Source: Octopus sinensis
Lineage: Eukaryota
DNA: 64,000 nucleotides
Direction: 5' to 3'
Assembly: GCF_006345805.1 (NCBI RefSeq)
Contig: NC_043010.1
Span: forward strand, 10,726,001-10,790,000
This document shows, piece by piece, positions 28,671 to 41,575 of the stretch. The translations under genes were made by a program, and so were the position numbers. The notes under the pieces are model-generated. The model made no database searches. It was not told where the DNA came from and saw only the letters and a list, made by a program, of their open reading frames with translations. Every line of letters starts with the position of its first letter. Position 1 is the first letter of the stretch.

Positions 28671-28893
28671 GGAAGTAGGTAACCCTCTGTTTTAAATTTA
28701 AATGAGATCAAATATGCTGTGTGATGGAGAAGTTGCATTTTCTTATTGATTTGGTTTTGAAGTGTTGACTTCTGATTTGAATATTTCAGATATAGATTTA
28801 CATGACTAGTTGAATGACATATCTCAATGTTTGTGTAAGTGCAACTTACACAGTTTCGATAGCCTATGTTGTAATGAGACTTTCCTGGCAGGA

Positions 28894-29137
28894 AAGGCGG
28901 CGAGCTGGTAGAAAAGGCGGCAAGCTGGCAGAATCGTTAGCACGCCGGGCAAAATGCGTAGCCGTATTTCGTCTGCCGCTACATTCTGAGTTCAAATTCC
29001 GCCGAGGTCGACTTTGCCTTTCATCCTTTCGGGGGCGATAATTTTAGTACCAGTTAAGCACTGGGGTCGATGTAATCGTCTTAATCCGTTTGTTTGTCCC
29101 CTCTGTCTTTAGCCCCTTGTGGGTAGTAAAGAAATAC
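28894..29137 (+). mobile_element. SINE-B with duplicated head
   Basis: AAGGCGGC(G/A)AGCTGG twice, then full body. Confidence 0.85.
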
Positions 29138-29832
29138 ATATTAAAACAGCAATTTTCACTGACTTTTAGCCAGTTCCTGTTAAAATGTTTCCTACAGTAG
29201 TGGGGAACTGAGAACCATTTATCTTGGGAAGTTTTAATGATGTTTGATTTGAATATTTAAGACGTAGAAGAGTGGGAGCAATGTGCTGTAATGGGGGCTA
29301 TTTTAAATGCGAGGAGATAGTGATGAGGTCGAAAAGTAATTTCATTTTAAGATTTAGTGTTTGATAAGCTTCAAATGTAAAATTATAAATCTTAACTTTT
29401 TCACAATTTGCTGTTTCTTTGACAATTACCCACGTAAGTTTCTTTTAAGATTCACATGACCGTAATAGACTCCACAATCAGATACCAGTCTTTTAATTCA
29501 ATTTAGTGTTTTTATTCAAACCTTGTTTTATTCAAACCTTGTTTTATTCAAACCTTATGTACTGCGTCTATATCTCAACACCACCTGACTCCACAATCTA
29601 ACCCCTTGACTTTTCTGCAGAATTTTTGGACAACTCTGTTTCCTTGTAAACTGAGACTTGCTAAACATTTTGGGGACTTGAACATAGTATGATACCTTTG
29701 AATTATTGCATTTCGTTTCTATGTGCCCTTTTACTAATTTATTTCATTATATAGTTTCCCTTTCCTTCAATTTCCCCACTACTACCACCACCACATACAT
29801 ATTTTCACTTCATCATCATGTGTATGTATTTG

Positions 29833-30402
29833 TATTGGGTTGTCCGGAAAGTTCTTGCCGATTTTTAAAGGAAAGAAAAAGGTCAATAAATACTTGCCAT
29901 TACATTTTTAATCAGCCAAATATGAACCATTTTGTTGCACAATGCGTCTCCATCTTTCCTTTAACTTGAAGATACCCTCTTCCCAGAATTGAGGTGGTTT
30001 CATGGCAAAGAATTCATCAAGGTATCTTTTTATGTCATCCAAGGAATTGAAATTTTTACCATTAAGACTATTCTGCAGAGATCTGAATAAGTAGAAATCT
30101 GAAGGAGCAATATCTGGTGAATATGGAGGGTGGGGTAACACATCCCAGCCGAGCTGCAGCAATTTTTGTCTGGTTCCCAAAGCATCAAGTGCTGAAAATG
30201 AACTTTCTTATCTTCCATTTTAACGGGTTACAGAATTAACACAGGTTATAGGAACATAAACCTTCTTCCATGAAAAGATAGCTTAAACTGTGCTCTAAAT
30301 GGAGATGTAATCAAATCCTATTTTATGGACTCAACTATGTTCTAAAATAAGTCGAAAGGTAAGCTACTATAAATCGGCACGAACTTTCTGGACGACCCAA
30401 TA
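29833..30402 (-). mobile_element. Internally deleted mariner (570 bp)
   Basis: TA-flanked ~30-bp TIRs (TATTGGGTTGTCCGGAAAGTTCTTGCCGATTT); N-terminal MEDKKVHFQHLML joined to C-terminal ..HPPYSPDIAPSDFYLFRSL.. Confidence 0.92.
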
Positions 30403-30593
30403 TTTGTTTATGCATTTAAGACCACACCACTTGTTTAAAAAAACTACCAGTATTGTATCAAAATAAAGTAATTTAACCACTCAAAATATTTAAAAACTGA
30501 TGAAAGTTTTAGAGCAAAGTTTAAGCTATCTTTTCATAGAAGAAGGTTTATGTTCCTATAACCTGTGTTAATTCTGTAACCCTATAAAATGGA

Positions 30594-30808
30594 CTCCCCT
30601 GGCACCTGTGCAGGTGGCATGTAAAAAGTACCCACTACACTCGCGGAGTGGTTGGCGTTAGGAAGGGCATCCAGCTGTAGAAACACTGCCAGATCAGACT
30701 GGAGCCTGGTGCAGCCTCCTGGCTTCCCAGGCCCCGGTCGAACCGTCCACCCCGTGCTAGCGCGGAAAACGGACGTTAAACGATAATAATGATGATGATG
30801 ATGATCAA
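30594..30808 (+). mobile_element. RTE-type 3' end with (GAT)n tail
   Basis: Same tail as 1-312. Confidence 0.8.
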
Positions 30809-31337
30809 CTAAAATCTTTTGATGTAGTGCCCCAGCATGGCCACAATCCAATGGCTGAAACCAAAAGATGAATACTTCATAAAATATGCAGAACATTGTA
30901 ATTTTTTTCTCTTCAGAATGTACATCAATGACATAGAATGACATTGTAATATTTTGTGTAACTAAGTATGCAATACAAAAGTTATAGCTTCATATTATTT
31001 TCCCTTTTTTTTTTAATTTGCTATTTTTCCAAACAGAAATCTTCGCTTTATAATTTTATTCTCTCTTTCACTGTTTCAATCCAACACCACTCCTTTGCTC
31101 TGTGACTGATACCTTTCCTTTGATGTTTCAAGCAGATTCACTTACCTTGCCATTTCAAGAAGATGCCTAACTTCAAAAGAACCTTCTGAAGATATATATA
31201 TATGTAAATGATGGCAGCGGATTTCATTCAAAATCATGTCGCAACATATTTATATGTGTGTGTATCTATATATACACCTTTAGATATATATATATATATA
31301 TATTCATAAACACATACATGCACATACACTCACATTT

Positions 31338-31375
<38 letters not shown>

Positions 31376-31529
31376 CACACACACACACACACACATATAT
31401 ATATTGGTGCTATGATATTAGCCATTTATTACATAATCTTGAGAGACGCTTCCTCTAGACATATTCACAACTATATATGCCATGTTGCTGGCAATAGAAT
31501 TCATTGAAAATTATGTTTCAGTAGATATT

Positions 31530-31745
31530 ATATATTATATAAAGTTAATCCAAAACAAGACAGCACAAAAAAAACACAACAACGCGAGGACGTGGAACAA
31601 ATATAGTATTATTGGACGCTCAGGAAAGAAGAAGGGTTTAACGTTTCGAGCGGAACTCTTCGTCGGAAACATAGGAGAAGGAAAGATCCAGAGAAGGGAA
31701 GACAGACGAAAAAAAATCTCCAATGGTACACACGAGGTCACATAT
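31530..31745 (-). mobile_element. Penelope-like short fragment carrying a minimal hammerhead motif
   Basis: Homologous to 52940-53135 and 54470-54680; partial second copy at 31960-32030. Confidence 0.6.
31636..31670 (-). ncRNA. Minimal type I hammerhead-like motif (variant core CCGACGA)
   Basis: GTTT-CCGACGA-A-GAGT(TCC)GCTC-GAAACGTT-AAAC: stem I, stem II, GAAA and palindromic ACGT. Confidence 0.55.
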
Positions 31746-31891
31746 ATATATGTATGTATGTATGTATGTAGCAAGATTGATAGATAGATGCATACAGACA
31801 TACATACATGCATACATGCATACATACACACACACACTCACACACATATATATATATATGTATGTATATATTTATCTATCTATTAATCTAT

Positions 31892-31952
<61 letters not shown>

Positions 31953-32065
31953 GTTAAAGGCAACATAGGAGAAGGAAAGATCCAGAGAAGGGAAGACAGA
32001 GGAAAAAAAATCGCCAATGGTACACACGGTGTGTTTATGTGTTTGTGTGTACATGTAGATAACAT

Positions 32066-32390
32066 CCGTGAGGGCGCGTGGCTTAGTGGTTAGGGCATTC
32101 GGCTCATGATCGTAAGGTTGTGAGTTCGATTCCCGGCGACGCGTTGTGTCCTTGAGCAAGACACTTTATTTCACGTTGCTCCAGGTCCACTCAGCTGGCA
32201 AAAATGAGTTGTACTTGTATTTCAAAGGGTCAGCCTTGTCACTCTCTGTGTCACGCTGATTATCCCTGAGAACTACGTTAAGGGTACACGTGTCTGTGGA
32301 ATGCTCAGCCATTTGCACGTTAATTTCACAAGCAAGCTGTTCCGTTGATCGTATCAGCTGGGATCCTCGTCGTCGTAACTGGCGGAGTCT
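32066..32390 (+). mobile_element. SINE-F (CORE-like body GTGTCCTTGAGCAAGACACTT) with tail 1
   Basis: tRNA-like head; 3' half matches the SINE-C tail 1. Confidence 0.8.
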
Positions 32391-32679
32391 TTAAAGAGAT
32401 AACATCCATTTTCTATGCTTGATGGATTGAGTGGTTTGTCAAGATAAGAGAAGTTGTAAAGCCATGCGAAGCTCCACTATCAGCCGCGACATGGTTTCAA
32501 TGGCTGGGTGCCCTTCCTAATGCCAACCATTTGACAGTGTGTACCAGGTGCTTTTTTTCCATGCAACACGCAGTAATGAGGTTACCAAGTAATTTACAAG
32601 ACAGAGGGTGTGAACAAAGAAAATGCTCCCATCAGCAAGGATCAGAAGTATTTGTGGGTGTTGATTGCTTTAGACAAGC

Positions 32680-33150
32680 ATAGGCATAGGAGTGGCTGTG
32701 TGCTAAGTAGCTTGCTTATGAACCACATGGTTCAGGGTCCAGTTGACCCCAGTGCATGGAAAGTAGCTTGCTAACCAACCACATGGTTCCGGGTTCAGTC
32801 CCACTGCATGGCACCTTGGGCAAGTGTCTTCTACTATAGCCTCGGGCCGACCAAAGCCTTGTGAGTGGATTTGGTAGACAAAAACTGAAAGAAGCCCGTC
32901 GTATATATGTATATATATATATACATACATATGTATGTGTGTGTGTCTGTGTTTGTTCCCCCAACATCGCTTGACAACCGATGCTGGTGTGTTTACATCC
33001 CCTAACATAGCGGTTCAGCAAATGAGACCGATAGAATAAGTACTAGGCTTACAAAGAATAAGTCCTGGGTTCGATTTGCTCAAGCAAAAGGCAGTGCTCC
33101 AGCATGGCCACAGTCACATGACTGAAACAAGTAAAAGAATAAAAAGAGTA
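32680..33150 (+). mobile_element. SINE-A with a restarted head
   Basis: Partial head, junction at ~32745-32762, then full copy. Confidence 0.85.
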
Positions 33151-33449
33151 TAAGATTCTTGCTAAAGAGGAGATAGTTAGTTATCACACATTATACAGGT
33201 GTAATTAGGATTGAATTCGATTAAGGTGAGAGTGATGCAGTATTAGAGCAAACTCTCAAGGTGCGAGAAGATGAGTATAGGTGAGGATACAGACAGTGGG
33301 TCAGGTGAGGGAAAGAGGGGAGGAGGGAGGGAGTTCTTTCACAAGTGTGTTAGGGAAGAGTAACTAAAGGTTAGAGGTGGGAGTAGAAGAAGGAAGGTTG
33401 ATGAGAAATATCTGTATGGAGAGGAGGTAAGGTGGAAGACAGAAATTAT

Positions 33450-34125
33450 TTCTTTATTACCCACAAGGGGCTAAACACAGAGGGAACAAACAATGACAGA
33501 CAAACGGATTAAGTCGATTACATCGACCCCAGTGCATGGTAAGTAGCTTGCTAACCAACCACATGGTTCCGGATTCAGTCCCACTGCATGGCACCTTGGG
33601 CAAGTGTCTTCTAATATAGCCTCAGGCTGACCAATGCCTTGTGAGTGGATTTGGTAGACAGAAACAAAAAAGAAGGCTGTCGTATATATGTATGTAGGAC
33701 ACGCTTTGTGCACCCCACCCCCAGCACATATGTGTGTGTTTGTGTAGCCACTTCTGTCTTCCTGAGCTGGCTGAAACGTTAGCATGCCAGGCGAAATGCT
33801 TAATGGTATTTTGTCTGCCGTTACGTTCTGAGTTCAAATTCCGCCAGGATCGACTTTGCCTTTCATCCTTTCAGGGTCGATTAAATACTCTCTCTCTTTT
33901 ATTCTTTTACTTGTTTCAGTCATTTGACAGCGGCCATGCTGGCGCACCGCCTTTATTCAAACAACTCGCCCCCCCTGGACTTATTCTTTTGTAAGCCCAG
34001 TACTTATTCTATAGGTCTCTTTTGCCGAACCGCTAAGTAACGGGGACATAAACACACCAGCATCGGTTGTTAAGCCATGCTAGGGGGACAAACACAGACA
34101 CACAAGCACACACACACACACACAT

Positions 34126-34159
<34 letters not shown>

Positions 34160-34326
34160 CGACAGGCTTCTTTCAGTTTCCGTCTACCAAATCCACTCAC
34201 AAGGCTTTGGTCGGCGCGAGGCTATAGTAGAAGACACTTGCCCAAGGTGCCACGCAGTGGGACTGAAACCTGGAACCATGTGGTTGGTAAACAAGCTACT
34301 TACCACACAGCCGCTCCTCTGCCTAT
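33450..34326. mobile_element. SINE pile-up: B tail (-), A 5' half (+), B 5' part (+), full A (-, 33891-34326)
   Basis: Consensus segments identified in order. Confidence 0.75.
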
Positions 34327-35450
34327 GTACATGAATTCAAAATAAATTTGAAAACTGAAGCTAGTCTGGGAGGTATGTTCAGGTAGAAAATCTGTTGTAT
34401 AGTGAACGTTACACAGAGACCTCTGTGAAGAAACCTAGTTTCAAGTAACATTGGCAGTTGCACTTCTTTTCTCTGTCCTATAGGTAGGTGTTTTATCAAA
34501 ATATTTCATTGCATATGCAAATATCTTCAACACACCTCAGTTCAATATCACACTGTTTCTTAGATGCCTACAGTGCAAGAAAGATAATGGAAAAACATTG
34601 TACATAATCATTAAAATTCTGTCGATAGTATGAGTTTTTATTTACTGCTTCTTTCATAAATGTTTTGGTATTTCAAATTTACTAAAGTACACACAAACTC
34701 ATAGACACACACACACACACAAAGGCAGTGCACACACATGCATGTATATATGTATATATATGCATCTACATATGCATATATATATCCTATATATATATAT
34801 ATATATATATACGACAGGCTTCTTTCAGTTTCCGTCTACCAAATCCACTCACAAGGCTTTGGTCGGCGCGAGGCTATAGTAGAAGACACTTGCCAAGGTG
34901 CCACGCAGTGGGACTGAAACCTGGAACCATGTGGTTGGTAAACAAGCTACTTACCACACAGCCGCTCCTCTGCCTATGTACATGAATTCAAAATAAATTT
35001 GAAAACTGAAGCTAGTCTGGAGGTATGTTCAGGTAGAAAATCTGTTGTATAGTGAACGTTACACAGAGACCTCTGTGAAGAAACCTAGTTTCAAGTAACA
35101 TTGGCAGTTGCACTCTTTTCTCTGTCCTATAGGTAGGTGTTTTATCAAAATATTTCATTGCATATGCAAATATCTTCAACACACCTCAGTTCAATATCAC
35201 ACTGTTTCTTAGATGCCTACAGTGCAAGAAAGATAATGGAAAAACATTGTACATAATCATTAAAATTCTGTCGATAGTATGAGTTTTTATTTACTGCTTC
35301 TTTCATAAATGTTTTGGTATTTCAAATTTACTAAAGTACACCACAAACTCATAGACACACACACACACACACACACACACAAAGGCATGCACACACATGC
35401 ATGTATATATGTATATATATGCATCTACATATGCATATATATATCCTATA
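34159..35450. repeat. Near-identical tandem duplication, period 652 bp
   Basis: Copy 1 from 34159, copy 2 from 34811; includes a SINE-A 5' half plus ~400 bp unique DNA. Confidence 0.92.
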
Positions 35451-36590
35451 TTATATATATATATCCTATATATATATATATCATCATCATCATCATTGTT
35501 TACGATATATATATTAAATAGACGATCATATGTATATGTATATATGTGTATAGCTGTATGTGTATATATATATATATCCATGTGTGTGTGTGTGTGTATA
35601 CATATATATATACACATGCATATATATACATATATGTTTATATGTATATGTATATATATACACATATACATAAATTTATATATATACATTGACATATATA
35701 TATATTTTAGATAACACCTACACACATGCACAGATGCACACACACGTGGATATATATATATATCTCTATGTGTGTGTGTGTATATACATATATATATACA
35801 CATGCATATATATACATATATGTTTATATGTATATGTATATATATACACATATACATACATTTATATAAATATATTGACGTAGATATATATATATTTTAG
35901 ATAACACCTACACACATGCACAGATGCTCACACATACACACACACACACATATATATACACACATATATATTGACATATTTACATAGACATATAAATGTG
36001 CCTCTGTATATATACATATACATATATAAACATATATATACATATATATATATACATATATGTATACATATATATACATATATATACATATATATACATA
36101 TACATATGCATATGATTTTGTCTATCTAATAATTTCTATTTGATGGTATCAGAATAAGAGAGTAAAACATACATAACCATCAAGTTAAACATTGGGAAAT
36201 ACATCAGTGTTTATTTTCTTGTAGCTCAGCCAATCGCTAACAGAACGTCTAATCAAACACTTACGCTGACTTTCAGAGATATTTATAAAGACATTAATAA
36301 GTGATGCTAGACTGATTGTTTTCACATTTTAACACATGAACGTAAATAATAAAACCAGTGTTCCAAAATGTTCAAAGAAATTTTGTTTACATAAAAAAGA
36401 AACAAAACTGGAGAATGAAGACAATTAGAAGACTTGTCTTTACTTCGATCAAGCTGGATACCTATGTTATATGCTAATTTCTTTGCACGTGAGGTAAAAT
36501 ATAATTTTGTTTATAATAATGCTTAAGCAATGTACTTAGAAATAGCATCTTAATATTTATATGTGTCCATACTCTGCCTACCTAATTCTT

Positions 36591-37172
36591 TAGGGGCTAA
36601 ACACAGAGAGGACAAACAAGGACAGACAAACGGATTAAGTCGATTATATCGACTCCATGGCATAACTGGTACTTATTTAATCGACCCCGAAAGGATGAAA
36701 GGCAAAGTCGACCTCGGTGGAATTTGAACTCAGAACGTAATGGCATACGAAATACCCATTTCTTTACTACCCACAAGGGGCTAAACACAGAGAGGACAAA
36801 CAAGGACAGACAAACGGATTAAGTCGATTATATCGATCCCAGTGCGTAACTAGTACTTATTTAATCGACCCTGAAAGGATGAAAGGCAAAGTCGACCTCG
36901 GCGGAATTTGAACTCAGAACGTAACAGCAGACGAAATACCCATTTCTTTACTACCCACAAGAGGCTAAACACAGAGAGGACAAACAGGGATAGACAAACA
37001 GATTAAGTCGATTATATCGACCCCAGTGCGTAACTGCTACTTATTTAATCGACCCCGAAATTATGAAAGGCAAAGTCGACCTCGGCGGAATTTGAACTCA
37101 GAACGTAACGGCAGACGAAATACCGCGAACAGTTTGCCTGGCGTGCTAACGTTTCTGTCAGCTCGTCGCCTT
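36591..37172 (-). mobile_element. Head-to-tail SINE-B trimer
   Basis: Three ~185-bp units, one head; outer TSD ATACTCT(G/A)CCTACCT. Confidence 0.88.
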
Positions 37173-37355
37173 ATACTCTACCTACCTGTCTGCCTGCCAG
37201 CCTGCCAGCTAACCTACCTGTCTGTCTGCCTGTTTGTGTGGATGTACAGAATATGGCCAGATATCTTTTATCTTCTAATGACGGTGACCATGCTGGGGTA
37301 CCACGTGTACGAATTTTAGTCAGATGGATTGACCCCAGTAATTATTTTATGTTTT

Positions 37356-37517
37356 TAGGCACAGGAGTGGCAGTGTGGTAAGTAGCTTGCCAACCAAACA
37401 CATGGTTCCGGGTTCAGTCCCACTGCATGGCATCTTGGGCAAGTGTCTTCTGCTATTGCCCCGGGCCGACCAATGCCTTGTGAGTGGATTTGGTAGAGGG
37501 AAACTGAAAGAAGCCTG

Positions 37518-37561
<44 letters not shown>

Positions 37562-37770
37562 CTGTGTTTGTCCCCCTAGCATTGCTTGACAACCGATGCT
37601 GGTGTGTTTACGTCCCCGTAACTTAGCGGTTCGGCAAAAGAGACCGATAGAATAAATACTGGGCTTACAAAGAATAAGTCCCGGGGTCGATTTGCTCGAC
37701 TAAAGGCGGTGCTCCAGCATGGCCGCAGTCAAATGACTAAAACAAGTAAAAGAGTAAAAGAGTAAAGAGA
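37356..37770 (+). mobile_element. SINE-A inserted in an older A-like relic
   Basis: Full copy; older fragments on both sides. Confidence 0.88.
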
Positions 37771-39294
37771 GTACTTCTATCAGTCTGTTTTGCTGAACTG
37801 TTAATTTATGGAGAGCTAAACTCGTCACCAACACCCTGTTGTCAAGTGGTGGAGGGTGACAAACATAGACACAAAGACACATTAATTCCTTTGTTCCTCT
37901 TTTTCTCTCCCTTCTCTTCTCACGTGACCATTGGCCGACTGCTAGCCCTTTTGCGTCGGACCATGGTCATGTTCACATCGACTTTTCCTCTGCCATAAGG
38001 CTAAATTCCCAACACGGCAGCTGAATTCAATTCGTTTCCAGTCGAAAGACACCTGTTGTTATGTCCTGTTATTATTATTATTATTATTGTTTTTTGTATT
38101 TATATCCGTGTAACATTGTTCGTTTTTACGTCCTAGTTTCATATACATTTGATACATTTTCCAAGGAATCTAATGCTCTTAGCTTAGTTTTTCCTTGGGG
38201 CTGGCCAGATTGGAGCAATCTCAAGATTAATCAGCCAAAATTGCGAGGATGATCCGGTTATTGACTGAAGATTAAAGGCTTCAAATGACCCGTCCGTGTT
38301 TTTTGTATCATCTATCTGGATGCTTTGCATTCTTGTCCCATTTCGTATTTTTATATATATATATATATAGTGGCGTATGTACAAAGGGTACATATATGTA
38401 TATATATATATATATATGTATTTATGTATGTATGTATGTATATAGCAAGATTGATAGATAGATGCATACAGACATACATACTTGCATACGTGTATACATA
38501 CACACACACACATATATATATGTACGTATGTATTTATCTATCTATCTACCTATCAATCTATCTATTTATATATATATATATATAATATATATATATATCG
38601 TTAAAGGCATGAAACTGGACATTAGTATTTTTAGTCGATAACTGAAAACTGAGGAGGGATTAGGGTCCTTGTGTGTGTTCTACAGGTATGTTTTATAGTA
38701 CTTGATGTATTTTTCACTTTTATATATATATATATACACACACACACATATATATATATGTGTGTGTGTGTGTATATATATATGTATGTATGTATGTATG
38801 TATGCATGTATATTTGTATGTATGTATATATATGTATGTATGTATGTGTATATATGTATATATACATACATATATGTATGCATGTATGTACGTATGTCTT
38901 TACACGAATTTTATGTTCAACAGATTTACATTTAATCTGTCACTGAATTTTTCATCAGTCCATTTGAGCAGATGTTTGTTCAAGAACAATTATAATAGAA
39001 TTTTTGGTTACCTGTTTTCTTGGAATTTTCTGTTAATTGAATTTCTTTGCTTGAAACACTTCAAGAACAATAGACAAAGATGCTGACAATCAATTGTTCT
39101 AACAAATATCCTGCTCACTGACACATCAGACCAGTAGTACATACATTGTTTTAAGAAAACAGAACTCCATTTGTAAGCATCCAACCCTTTATGAACAACA
39201 CATGCTCAATCCTTGTAGAAGCTTCCTACTCAGGGACACATCATAAAAGATTTTTTTTAGAGGATATTTGGTGCTTGAAATTTTTGGAAATGTA

Positions 39295-39601
39295 CAGGAG
39301 TGACTTTATAATATGCTTAAAAACTGTATAACAAGAGCAACATGGTTCCAGGGTCAGTCCCATTGTGTGACAACTTAAGCATGTGTCTTTTACTATAGAT
39401 TTGTGAATAGATTTGGTGGATGGAAACTGAAAGAAGCCCATCTATGGTTTGTCTTTGTGTCTGCATTTATCCCCACCCTACCCCACCCCACTGCTTGACA
39501 ATTGGTGTTGGTGTGTTTATGTTCCTGTAACTTAGTGGTTTGGCAAAAAAGACCAATAGAATAAGTACCAGGCTTTAAAAAATATTAAGTACTGGAATCG
39601 A

Positions 39602-39634
<33 letters not shown>

Positions 39635-39905
39635 GTTTAACGTCCGTTCTCCATGCTAGCATTGGTTGGACAGTTCGATCTGGGAAGCCAGGAGGCTGCA
39701 CCAGGCTCCAGTCTGATCTGGCAGTGTTTCTACAGCTGGATACCCTTCCTAACGCCAACCACTCCGTGAGAGTAGTGGGTGCTTTTTACGTGCCACCTGC
39801 ACAGGTGTCAGGTGAGGCTGGCAACGGCCACGATCGGATTGGTACATTTTACGTGCCACTGGCACGGAAGCCAGTCGAGGCGGCACTGGCATCGGCCACG
39901 ATTTG
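39295..39905. mobile_element. Old SINE-A-like copy (+) interrupted by an RTE 3' end (-, 39603-39900)
   Basis: (CAT)n then CGTTTAACGTCCG.. reverse RTE tail. Confidence 0.7.
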
Positions 39906-40384
39906 GATTCATTTGACTAAAATTTCTTTAAGGCAGTGCCCCAGCATGGCCACAGTCTAATGACTGGTAAAAAAACAATCAAGTTGAACTACTAAGGGAA
40001 ATTTCATTGACGAATGTACATATCTTTGCTCAGGACTGTCTAAAGAGAATTACAGACCATCGAAATAAGCAATGCACAGTTCTTTTAAGCCTTTTACTCC
40101 TTATAGACTTGGACCATCGATGACATTTTTTCACTGTTCTTGACAGTGGGTTGTCTTTTATACTTCTCTCCAATTAGATCCCTGTTTTATGCTTGCAGCT
40201 TCCTTTCCCATTTTGTTGTTCCACATCATATGCTTTCCTGAGAGAAGGCCCTTATTGACCAAGTTTTGTTGATTTTGAAAATTTGTTGATGGACTTAATC
40301 AGTGTTTTAGTTTTTATGAAATCTCAGAAGGATGGAAAATAAAGTTGGCAACAGTGAGTTTTGAACTCAAATAGAAAATAAAAT

Positions 40385-40645
40385 AAACACACCCTTTTAA
40401 AGCCTAGCCAGGCTCATGGACCCGGTTTCCCGGTTTCACTGGCATATGTGTTCCCCAGCTGGACAGGACGCCAGTCCATCGCAGCGTTACTCCTTTTTGC
40501 CAGCTGAGTGGACTGGAGCAACATGAAATGAAGTGTTTTGCTCAAGAACACAATGTCCAGGAATCGAACACAATGTCCAGGAATCGAAACCACAATCTTA
40601 CGATCATGGTGCTGACACCCTAATCACTAAGCCACGTGCCTCCAC
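40385..40645 (-). mobile_element. SINE-F with tail 2
   Basis: CORE-like body; tail shared with 6321-6615. Confidence 0.8.
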
Positions 40646-40868
40646 GAACTCAAAGAGGCTGGAACTAAATATCACAATGCATATTTGTCACTGCTCTAAC
40701 AATTCTACCACATCACCACCATACATTCTTGCTACTTTATATGGCAAAGTATTTAGGACCATAGATTAAGATTGCATGATGCAACTATATTAGATTTTTT
40801 CCGACTACATCTTTTGTAAATTTATCAATGTATTTAGCTGAACACTAACAAGGATTTTCAATACCTCA

Positions 40869-41097
40869 TTAACCCTTTTGATACCAACCCAGCTGAAACC
40901 GGCTCTGCATCTGAGTACAAATATCTTATTTTCATAAGTTTTGAATTAGAATCTTCCACCAATCCTTAGTCACAATTTATGTTCCTAACACTAGCTGAAT
41001 GATAACTAAGTTATTTTACTAAATTCTTTGTTATATTTAAAATTAATTGAAAGAAACACAGAGCATCTCAACAGAAATATGGTAACAAAAGGGTTAA
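40869..41097. mobile_element. piggyBac-type MITE (family 1)
   Basis: TTAA TSD, 14-bp TIR CCCTTTTG(A/T)TACCA. Confidence 0.78.
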
Positions 41098-41142
41098 TGT
41101 ACCAACAAGTTATTAGAAATATTATACATATATATATATATA

Positions 41143-41575
41143 TCATCATCATCATCATCATCAATTAACATCCGTTTTCCATGCTGGCATGGGTTGGATG
41201 GTTTGACTGGGGTCTGGGAAGCCAGAAGGCTGCACCAGGCTCAAGTCTGATCTGGCAGTGTTTCTACAGCTGGATGCCCTTCCTAATGCCAACCACTCCG
41301 TGAGTGTAGTGGGTGCTTTTTACATTCCACCGGCACAGGGGCCAGAGGGGGCTGGCAACAACCACGATCAGTTGGTGCTTTTTATGTGCACACACCACAC
41401 GCACGTACACACATGCGCACACACACACACACACACACATACAATGGGCTTCTTTCAGTTTCTGTCTACGAAATCCCCTAGTAAGGCTTTGATCAGCCCA
41501 AGACTATAGTAGAAGACACTTACCTAAGGTACCACACACAGTGGGACTGAACCCAGAACCACACAGCCACTTGGG
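41143..41575 (-). mobile_element. RTE 3' end followed by a SINE-A 5' half
   Basis: Reverse RTE tail 41143-41390; A motifs 41440-41575. Confidence 0.7.

Noticed and set aside
29908-30180. Functional mariner transposase ORF
   Set aside because: Only the C-terminal ~90 aa remain after a large internal deletion; the 62205-63195 copy has several stops and frameshifts
37922-37935. E-box plus reverse CCAAT (CACGTGACCATTGG) as a promoter
   Set aside because: Two short motifs inside probable repeat-derived DNA; no TSS evidence available from sequence alone
38170-38260. Possible further hammerhead (GGCTG..CAGCC stem with inner hairpin, Penelope-like context)
   Set aside because: Neither CUGANGA nor GAAA is intact; at most a dead relic
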